DNA from: Octopus bimaculoides
Lineage: Eukaryota
DNA length: 34,308 bases
NCBI RefSeq assembly: GCF_001194135.2
Contig: NC_068992.1
Coordinates: forward strand, 55,222,069 to 55,256,376
Reading direction: 5' to 3'
The notes under the pieces were generated by a model, which made no database searches, had not been told where the DNA came from, and saw only the letters and a list, made by a program, of their open reading frames with translations. This document shows, in pieces, positions 24,767 to 34,308 of the stretch. Within the stretch, counting starts at the first letter, position 1, and the number at the start of each line of letters is the position of its first letter. Made by a program: the position numbers and the translations under genes.

Positions 24767-27218
24767 CTATGAAAGCTAGAGTCAATTTTTCCAGAGCGTC
24801 AACCTAATACACTTTCTCGTTATTCATACACCTGTCTTTATCACAAAGGTGGACAAGAAAAACAACAATTAGAAGGACAGGCAAAAAAAGACGGGTCATT
24901 CGTGACTTTCTTTCCATAAGTCACGACCATTTCGGGCAGTTACACTTGAGATGGTGCGATCCGGTTGCTCCCAAAAAGTCTAAGCTAAGAGCATTAGACC
25001 TCTTTGTAAGAAAACTAGTGAATGTGTACGGCAACAAAGACAAAAACACAAACAAACAAACAAAACGGAGAATATGGTACACAATTACGAATACAAACAA
25101 CTAGAATATAACAACAGGTATCTTTCGACTGAGAACGAATCAAATTGAGCTGGCGTGTGTGAAGTGAAAGCCTAAAGGTAAGAACATAGGAGATGGACAG
25201 AAGAGGTGTTGGCGGTCGGCAGTCAGGCCAATAAAGAAAGATCATGGTTGGCCGGACACCGGTTACGTAGAAGGAAAAGCGATATGTAGGGGCTAGCGGA
25301 ATTGAAGGATTAGTAAGAAATTAGAAAAATAGAGAATGGTACAGGATAGATAAACGAGTGGTAAATATTGGGAGTTAAAGAAAGAGAGGGCCAAGAAATG
25401 TGAGAGAGAGGGAGCGAGAAAAAGGAAGAAAGATGAGAGGAGGAATCAGCTTCAAAGATTGGAATTCAGTTATACACACACATACGCACGCGCACACACA
25501 CATACATGCATGCATGTATTTAGACACACATGCTATTGTGTGAATATACACATGCACATATGTACGTTTGTGTGTAACGAAAGCAGTTGAAATAATGACA
25601 ACACCGACGAAGACGACGACGACGACGACGGCCACGATGATGTTTAGAATGATGGTGCTGAAGATTATTTAACCTGGTCAGACGGAACTATAGTTTTCAG
25701 AAACACATTAACTTTTATGCATTTCTCTCATGGCATGTATGTAGTCAATTCACACATGTGCTGCAAGATGTCTTATCTGCCAGAAATTGTGAAATTCATT
25801 TCCTTTGCCGGTCATATCTTCTGTCCTCTAATCAACATCAAGTTAACGCTATATATATGTTATGTCCACCAAACAGGAGACGTTATTGCGTCCATCCTAT
25901 TTACGCATTATCCATTGTATACTTTTCTAATACAAAATGGTGGACTGAAAATAGTAGCAGCTTTGAAGTAAACTTATAGTCGCAGTCACTCTGGTTACAG
26001 AGAGATTATTTCTATACATTTATGCAAGTAACCTTTATTCAGAAATCTTAGCGTGTTCGTTAGCATTCACGCTCTCACACAGATACACAGGGAGGCGCAC
26101 GCACACACACACATATTCATACAAAACATATAGATATATATTTAATATATATACATATACAGCATGGCGACAGCCTTAAGGCTGAAACATGAAAAAGTAA
26201 AAGAATATATATATATATATATATANNNNNNNNNNNNNNNNNNNNNNNNNNNNNNNNNNNNNNNNNNNNNNNNNNNNNNNNNNNNNNNNNNNNNNNNNNN
26301 NNNNNNNNNNNNNNNNNNNNNNNNNNNNNNNNNNNNNNNNNNNNNNNNNNNNNNNNNNNNNNNNNNNNNNNNNNNNNNNNNNNNNNNNNNNNNNNNNNNN
26401 NNNNNNNNNNNNNNNNNNNNNNNNNNNNNNNNNNNNNNNNNNNNNNNNNNNNNNNNNNNNNNNNNNNNNNNNNNNNNNNNNNNNNNNNNNNNNNNNNNNN
26501 NNNNNNNNNNNNNNNNNNNNNNNNNNNNNNNNNNNNNNNNNNNNNNNNNNNNNNNNNNNNNNNNNNNNNNNNNNNNNNNNNNNNNNNNNNNNNNNNNNNN
26601 NNNNNNNNNNNNNNNNNNNNNNNNNNNNNNNNNNNNNNNNNNNNNNNNNNNNNNNNNNNNNNNNNNNNNNNNNNNNNNNNNNNNNNNNNNNNNNNNNNNN
26701 NNNNNNNNNNNNNNNNNNNNNNNNNNNNNNNNNNNNNNNNNNNNNNNNNNNNNNNNNNNNNNNNNNNNNNNNNNNNNNNNNNNNNNNNNNNNNNNNNNNN
26801 NNNNNNNNNNNNNNNNNNNNNNNNNNNNNNNNNNNNNNNNNNNNNNNNNNNNNNNNNNNNNNNNNNNNNNNNNNNNNNNNNNNNNNNNNNNNNNNNNNNN
26901 NNNNNNNNNNNNNNNNNNNNNNNNNNNNNNNNNNNNNNNNNNNNNNNNNNNNNNNNNNNNNNNNNNNNNNNNNNNNNNNNNNNNNNNNNNNNNNNNNNNN
27001 NNNNNNNNNNNNNNNNNNNNNNNNNNNNNNNNNNNNNNNNNNNNNNNNNNNNNNNNNNNNNNNNNNNNNNNNNNNNNNNNNNNNNNNNNNNNNNNNNNNN
27101 NNNNNNNNNNNNNNNNNNNNNNNNNNNNNNNNNNNNNNNNNNNNNNNNNNNNNNNNNNNNNNNNNNNNNNAAAAAAAAAACAAAGTATTCTAAATGTGCA
27201 TCCATATAACTTATTTGT

Positions 27219-27221
<3 letters not shown>

Positions 27222-27281
<60 letters not shown>

Positions 27282-27581
27282 GTCTATACTGTACATTCTC
27301 ATTCGCAGCGATATCAGTATCACCATGGCCATCGTCGGATTCATCATCGTTAGTTTCATAATGTTCATTGCTATCGTGGTCCGCGCTCTCCATTGGTGTA
27401 GCTGTCACGAATCCCAGATTGGCAACACTTCTTCCTCCTCTTCTTCCTCAACATCATCATCACCATCTTGGTCATCATCATTGTTATTAATTTCATCATC
27501 AGCATCATCATCATCATCAGCATCAGCATCGTCATCTTCGTTATCATCATCGTCGTCATCATCATTATCAACATCGACATC

Positions 27582-27628
<47 letters not shown>

Positions 27629-27755
27629 TATCATCATCTTCCTCATCATCATCATTACCATCATCACTATCTTCATCTACATCAACATGTTTATCAACAA
27701 CATCATCATTGCCATCATCAACATCCTTGTCGTCGCCGTCGTCGTCGTCATCATT
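27222..27755. repeat. Long degenerate (CAT)n low-complexity tract
   Basis: Direct reading; source of the poly-S/I/M/D ORFs. Confidence 0.93.
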
Positions 27756-28242
27756 TTAGGAATAGATACATGATCTTCACCTCCATTGATGATGAAACGT
27801 AAAACTTATCTTCCGATATTCACTCGGGGTATCATTGTGTCTGTCACACGATTTATTCGTTCGTAAACAAAAACATTATCATGATAACCAACAATGTTTT
27901 ACGATAGAGAAATCAAGTTTTCGTTCTGCTCTATTACCATTCAATTAATATCCTGATCTGGACCATAATCTTTCACTTTAGACATCAAAACAAACTATCT
28001 GTATAGTATTCAAATGAGACATAAAAACAATATCCTCCCCAAGTTTCTATCGTTGTTGTCGACATCGTCGTCGTCATCGTCATCAACACCATCAACATCA
28101 TCATCATCATCATAATCTTCATCACTGTTGTTATTAGCATTATTGTTTAAAACGTCGTACAATAAGTATCCAATATCGTCATGTTGATTGAATATATTCT
28201 GTCTATCGGGGTTTCGTGCTGTCTATCAAGGCACAACAAGAA

Positions 28243-28302
28243 CCTCAGGCCGGCAGTACTTTATGCAATAGGCGTGCAGTTCCAAGTAATGCCGATTTTT
28301 GG
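28243..28302 (-). mobile_element. Extreme C-terminus of an R4/Dong-like RLE element
   Basis: Minus strand reads QKSALLGTARLLHKVLPA*, the typical terminal motif of these ORFs. Confidence 0.7.
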
Positions 28303-28374
28303 CTAGATTTGGTTTTGCACTCGGTAGTGCAGTGAAAGCACATGGTAAAAATAACGCTACTGAACAACAACATC

Positions 28375-28565
<191 letters not shown>

Positions 28566-28620
28566 TACTTTCTACTATAGGCGCAAGGCCTGAACTTTGG
28601 TGGGGACCAGCTTAACTATC

Positions 28621-29245
28621 ACTGCCCAGGATCAGGCATTGTACATCAACTCAGTGAAAAGAGATACATACCACGCAAGTGCGACGAACCTCTACAGAAT
28701 GTGTGAAAAGAGGGTCGAAAGTGTGACTCACAATGTTAGTGCTTGCGAAAGTCATGCGCAGAAATAGTACAAGAATAGACACGACAAGGTAGCCCAAATT
28801 TTTCAACGGCTACTATGCCGGAAGTATGGATATAAGGTAACAGCAGATTGGTACCAACATACACCGAGAATGGGAAACGACGAAAAGGGGAAAACAGGAA
28901 AAGGCAAAAATCCACGGGAACTTTTACTTCCAGATAGACAAAGAGTTAGAGCACCGATGGCTGGATATAGTAACCTTCAGGGTGGACAAACAAGAGGGCC
29001 TAAATATCGACGAGGATGTGCCAGGAGATTAACATATTATCATGAAAGATACAGAAAGGATTGACAAATATGGAGAACTGAGAATTGAGATCACCAAGAT
29101 GTTGCAGCTACGTGAGTCAGATATAAAAGTTGTCCCTTTTGTCATCGGAGCATTGGGTTCAATACCACCCAATCTGAAGAAACATCTGGAAATTTTAGAA
29201 ATACCCGACAGATTAGATGTAAAAATCCTTCTGTCTCTGCTTTGA
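28621..29245 (+). mobile_element. R4/Dong-like RLE non-LTR retrotransposon 3' fragment (CCHC remnant plus PD-(D/E)xK endonuclease), decayed
   Basis: AQDQAL, RMC...ESVTHNVSAC, YKNRHDKVAQI, WYQHTP, FQIDKELEHRWLDIV, DVPGD, KYGELRIEI, VVPFVIGALGSIP. Confidence 0.88.
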
Positions 29246-29272
29246 ATCCTGAACTTTCCAGCTATTGTTGAG

Positions 29273-29349
<77 letters not shown>

Positions 29350-29805
29350 AGTAACTGAAAGAGATTCGAAAACCAAAGGTTTGTCAGTAAATAGTTAAAC
29401 CACCACCTCCAGTGGATTCTATTTACTGCTCTAATAAATCCTATTGCAGAATAACTCATTCGGCCAACGAAAATGCAATCTCACTAATTTTCACTTCAAT
29501 TATAGTGTCATTTTGCCCATGATATGCTTCATTATTGCGTCGTTTTATACAAGCTGTTCGAGATCGTCTCACCTTCAGAACAAAAGGCAACGCTATCCAT
29601 ACTGTCAGTATTATTTCTGGCTAACAATCACGTATTTTAGTCAATGGAGACGAAATTTGATGAATTAAAACTCTATTCATCATTTTCTTTTCAATAGTAT
29701 TTTTCAGCAATTTTTTGTCGTCCTGAAGCATTGATATCATCATCGTCGTCAGCGGCGGTGGCGGCGGCGGCTGTGGCGGCATTATCGTCGTCGTCGTCGT
29801 CGTCG

Positions 29806-29837
<32 letters not shown>

Positions 29838-29952
29838 GTCATCGTCATTATCATCATCATCGTTATCATCATCATTATTATTATTAGTATTATTATTATT
29901 TCGAAAAGAATATTCGCATCTCTGAAATCAATGACAAAGTGAAATATAACAT

Positions 29953-30002
<50 letters not shown>

Positions 30003-30075
30003 CACACATGCACACACACACACGCACGCACTCACATACACACATACACACACACATACAAACACACACACACAA
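29273..30075. repeat. (TTA)n 29273-29345, (GGC)/(CGT)/(CAT)n 29735-29900, (CA)n 29955-30075
   Basis: Direct reading; these arrays flank the candidate TM exon. Confidence 0.93.
29573..29620 (-). CDS. Putative internal exon encoding the first half of the TM helix (PEIILTVWIALPFVLK)
   Basis: Acceptor gattgttag|CCA (or ccag|AA, start 29616) with a tgactaa branch-like motif, and donor AAG|GTGAGA in phase 0. Joins the 24766 exon in frame to give IILTVWIALPFVLKVLCIVVFVC-KKK. Confidence 0.55.
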
Positions 30076-30719
30076 GTAATTTCTTCTTATGCTATAGAAG
30101 TTATATATTTATTTTTTACGTGATTATTCATTCTGTAGTTTTCTAATTTTAAAATCCCTCCCGGGAAATCTTACCGCTTCTCAAGAAAATATATGAAAGT
30201 TTTGAACGTCTGGATTATCCATTTGAATTGTGACTCTTTGTCAGGCAACGCTAAACTGATTCTTGTTTTGTAACTTGTGATGACATTAGTTGTTACTCTC
30301 TTCTAACTTTTACACCTTTATTTTTTTTATTTCATTTTGCCACACAGCGAATACTAATGTCGGTGATACAATAATAATGAGTTACACTAGACTGTAAACA
30401 ATTATAATACCCTAGTTAGGATATAAAAGAGACGAGATTTATTAAATCACATAAATACGACTATCAATTGAAGACGTATTTCTGTAATATCATCTTAACA
30501 TTTTACACAAAATAAAACTGTCTGAAATGATGTATTGTGCAACGAGAACAATAAAGTGTACGAACATCATATATAATGTGAACAGTACAATATACTAACA
30601 TAAACATCCATAAATGTTTACTTATATAATAATTGTATAATAATTGTAATGAAAATATATTGTAGTTAAGGGCATACATATTTATATGCACACACGGAGA
30701 AGAATATATACACATTTTT

Positions 30720-30870
30720 TTCTCTCCTTGTTTCGTTCTGTGTTCGTTTCTGTGGAAGAACGTAGGCTGGAAACGTTTAAGTCATTTTCAATTCCCGAGC
30801 GTTTTACTAATACATCTGTTTGTTTTCTACACCACCTGTCTTCGTCTGTTGTTTTTTGTGAATTCTCCCT
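30720..30870 (+). mobile_element. Probable Penelope-like element terminal (pLTR) remnant
   Basis: tttctgtggaagaacgtaggctggaaacgttt resembles the CTGAnGA-stem-GAAAC terminus of PLEs; flanked by (TA)n. Confidence 0.4.
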
Positions 30871-30892
30871 ATATATATATATATATATATAC

Positions 30893-31095
30893 TCGTTGCT
30901 GTTTTACTTGTTTCAGTCATTTTAAATGTGGCCATGCTGGAGCACCGCCTTTAATCGAGCAAATCGACCCCAGGACTTATTCTCAGTAAGCCTAGTACTT
31001 ATTCTATCGGTCTTTTGCAGAACCGCTAAGTTACGGGGACGTAAACACACCAGCTTCGGTTGTCAAGCGATGTTGGGGGGGACAAACACAGACAC
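30893..31095 (-). mobile_element. SINE-like repeat family B (well-preserved copy)
   Basis: ttttacttgtttcagtcatt..gccatgctggagcaccgcc..gaaccgctaagttacggggacgtaaacacacc..ttgtcaagcgatgttggggg; homologous copies at 8232, 12475 and 17690. Confidence 0.88.
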
Positions 31096-31391
31096 AGAGA
31101 CACTCATACATAGATAAGTATATATATATANNNNNNNNNNNNNNNNNNNNNNNNNNNNNNNNNNNNNNNNNNNNNNNNNNNNNNNNNNNNNNNNNNNNNN
31201 NNNNNNNNNNNNNNNNNNNNNNNNNNNNNNNNNNNNNNNNNNNNNNNNNNNNNNNNNNNNNNNNNNNNNNNNNNNNNNNNNNNNNNNNNNNNNNNNNNNN
31301 NNNNNNNNNNNNNNGTTTGTGTGTATAGAGTGTTAGGTGTGGTGTCGTGAATAGAAGGAGGAACCCCCCTTCTCTCTCAACCTCTCTCTAC

Positions 31392-31422
<31 letters not shown>

Positions 31423-31675
31423 CCTACCTATATTTCTATCTAGTTCCATTGTCATAACGAATTAAGCGTGAATCTGTGAAGAACCCAGGTCTTATAGGTG
31501 GAGAACTTTTCAAATGCATTCGCGTCATCATGTCCAGAAACACCCAATGTCATCTGAAAAAAGGTCGGTAAGCCATTGACATCGATTTACAGGTCTCCTT
31601 TAAACAAAATACACATACGAAATCGTCCGAAATGAGAATTAAGTAACTCGTGCTACCCTTGATGGACCTGATGGG

Positions 31676-31890
31676 AAAGAGAATACCAACTCTGAACTAT
31701 TAAGAAATCTGCAGTTACTCTATCCGGATTACAAGTTCAGGATTATACCTGTAATTATTGACGCCCTGAAATATGTACCACTCTGCCTGAATACAAATCT
31801 TGAGAAATCAGGCTTCTCAAAACTAGAAAGGAGAAGGTTAATTCGAATACTACAGTTCCAATCCATCACTGGAACTGTAAACATATATAT
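31676..31890 (+). mobile_element. C-terminal fragment of a second RLE non-LTR retrotransposon subfamily
   Basis: KENTNSELLRNLQLLYPDYKFRIIPVIIDALKYVPLCLNTNLEKSGFSKLERRRLIRILQFQSITGTVNI is homologous in pattern to ...ELRIEI...VVPFVIGALGSIP. More decayed sequence probably extends back to ~31450. Confidence 0.75.
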
Positions 31891-32872
31891 ATNNNNNNNN
31901 NNNNNNNNNNNNNNNNNNNNNNNNNNNNNNNNNNNNNNNNNNNNNNNNNNNNNNNNNNNNNNNNNNNNNNNNNNNNNNNNNNNNNNNNNNNNNNNNNNNN
32001 NNNNNNNNNNNNNNNNNNNNNNNNNNNNNNNNNNNNNNNNNNNNNNNNNNNNNNNNNNNNNNNNNNNNNNNNNNNNNNNNNNNNNNNNNNNNNNNNNNNN
32101 NNNNNNNNNNNNNNNNNNNNNNNNNNNNNNNNNNNNNNNNNNNNNNNNTATATATATATATATGTGTATGTATCTATGACCATACCATCTTGGCATCAAT
32201 TTCATAATTTATAATGTTCATCACTATCATATGCACAAAACCTCAAAATTGGCGAAGAATGTGGTCGGATATATCAATGGCAGTCCTTAACAAGTATATT
32301 ATTTTCTCACTTACCTAATATATATAAAAAGTAACGTTGACCTCGTTGGGATGTGAACTTCTAACCTAAATGTCCGTAACTAAATATTGCAATATATTTT
32401 GTACAACACTAACAATCTTATCCGTGCACTGCCTTGTATAAAGTCTATATCATTCACCGAATACTTACATTAACCAACGACTTTGTATTATTTTTATACA
32501 CATGAATTACCTTAAGAAATACTAAATTCACTCATCTCAAGAATCTTTTACGTAGCTAAACAGAACTTCGCATTTTCATGACCCGCGTAACCATATTAGT
32601 TTTAGTTATACTTCTGTTAAATACATTAACATGTCCATTTCCTTCTTCATCTTTTGTTTTAACTTATTTAGATTATACGTTTATTCGTTCTTTTCTTATA
32701 TCCTCAACTACTACTACTACTACTATTGTCAATTCACGTTCTTATCCTTCATGTGTTTCTCTTCCCATTGGGTGTTTTTGACTAATGGTATTCTTAATAA
32801 CTTTCTGGATCTTTTGAAATGGTTTCAATCAGCCTATTATTATATAGAGTAGCGCTAGAGCTTCAATCTTAC

Positions 32873-32928
32873 AAGTGGCCTGAAGATCGGAAATCTAATA
32901 CTACCAGATGTAATTTCTGAAGGTTCAG
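32873..32928 (-). CDS. Possible upstream exon of the same membrane-protein gene (EPSEITSGSIRFPIFRPL)
   Basis: Acceptor gcttttatttcgaag|CT and donor CTT|GTAAGA; 56 nt, phase 1 to 0, compatible with the 29620 acceptor. Short enough to arise by chance. Confidence 0.25.
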
Positions 32929-33119
32929 CTTCGAAATAAAAGCTTATAGTCTCTAATTCTTTTATTGAATGGTAACTCATTTTGGTTGTAAACACAAACC
33001 GCTATTAATTACATACACAGAAGCACACATTATTGTATGTAGATACACGTACACACACATATATATATACTTACATACACAAATACATATATAAATGTAT
33101 GAACGTACATAAGTACATA

Positions 33120-33122
33120 CAT

Positions 33123-33166
<44 letters not shown>

Positions 33167-33361
33167 ATAAGCATATACATGTATGTATGTACATTTCTTA
33201 TGTTTGTATGCAAGTATGCACAGGAGAATTGTTCTTATATAGACAAATGATCAGACAAGGAATGTGATCTCCTTATGGATACATAAACAAGCAAATTTTG
33301 CTATACCTATTGAAACAGTGCTTCGTAGACATACACACACACACCACATACATGTATCATA

Positions 33362-33446
<85 letters not shown>

Positions 33447-34207
33447 TAAATACAGAGAGAGAAAACGAGGAGGGTTGAGAGAAAGATAAAATGATAAATA
33501 GACTATGAAATTTAAGGCCTTTGAATAAATACAATAAAAAGAGACTATCGGTCAAAGGGTGCTGAGGTTTATGAAATGGAAAACATTATTTCTCATTGAA
33601 AATTATCCGAAATAATAATTTCTGAAATATATCCCTATATATTTCAACTTAGTTATTCAAACCCCGTCTGTCACCACCTGTTAACCAACCTGTAATGTTG
33701 TTGATATAATCTAATATTATTTTAACATATTTTTCAACTGACAGATTACTTCATTCCATTTTCAGGCACTGAAGTCACTGTTTATGCAATTCATGTCTTC
33801 CCTATTAAAATGCTATAGCCTAATAACATTTTAGTCCAATCGCATCAAACTTTTCAAAAAAAATACTGGCAATATTCCAAATATTTAGCGAAGTCTTAAT
33901 ATCATAATATGCAATAAGTTTTCTATGTATTAGACTTCACAGATAACGTATTATCAGCAGCGAAATTCATCAATTTCTTCCTATGTTGCTGCTAATTTCT
34001 TCTTTCCTGGCGCTACTTCCATTCAATCTTACTTTATTTATTTGCTTTACAAAAGATGAAACTTAATCTGTAGAATCTAATATGTAGAAAAATATGAAAA
34101 GAAATCGCCGGAAAGCTACCAAAGCTTGGAGTAATTTAGGAGACTAAACAAATTATATATTACAACGCAAAATCTTGCGGATGCATTTAATAATAATAAT
34201 AATAAGG

Positions 34208-34275
<68 letters not shown>

Positions 34276-34308
34276 CATTGTTATTATTATTATTTTTATT
34301 TTATGTTT
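33120..34308. repeat. (TG)n 33124-33165, (CA)n/(TA)n 33362-33445, (AAT)n 34190-34275
   Basis: Direct reading. Confidence 0.93.

Noticed and set aside
26117-27759. Long ORFs of 335-531 aa in the ORF track
   Set aside because: Mostly N gap plus (CAT)n repeat translation.
30175-30302. Possible minus exon KRVTTNVITSYKTRISLALPDKESQFKWIIQTFKTFIYFLEKR with GTAAGA donor
   Set aside because: Purine-rich, poor acceptor, and a phase-2 donor incompatible with either acceptor of the TM exon.

Overview
AT-rich, gapped (nine N runs), microsatellite- and SINE-dense animal genomic DNA. It is not prokaryotic, and most of the supplied ORFs are repeat or gap artefacts. The SINE families and repeat landscape look like Octopus/coleoid cephalopod DNA (recognition from recall, not a database search). 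Well-supported content: a decayed L1/Tx1-clade LINE (~12.5-14.3 kb), the 3' third of a mariner transposase with its right TIR (~15.8-16.3 kb), three fragments of R4/Dong-type RLE retrotransposons (28.2-31.9 kb) and about a dozen SINE copies. The best host-gene signal is on the minus strand: a 44-48 nt exon (29573-29620) splices in frame to a 330 nt terminal exon (24437-24766), giving one transmembrane helix plus an unrecognised cytoplasmic tail. Several weaker exon candidates exist. Unexplained structures are a ~20/62 bp higher-order repeat built on TGACA-N6-TGTCA palindromes (11.3-11.95 kb), a diverged inverted pair with peptide-level similarity (19.85-20.39 kb), a decayed unidentified reading frame (3.8-4.5 kb) and Penelope-like hammerhead-type remnants. 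I cannot establish a new biological system from sequence alone; these are leads.
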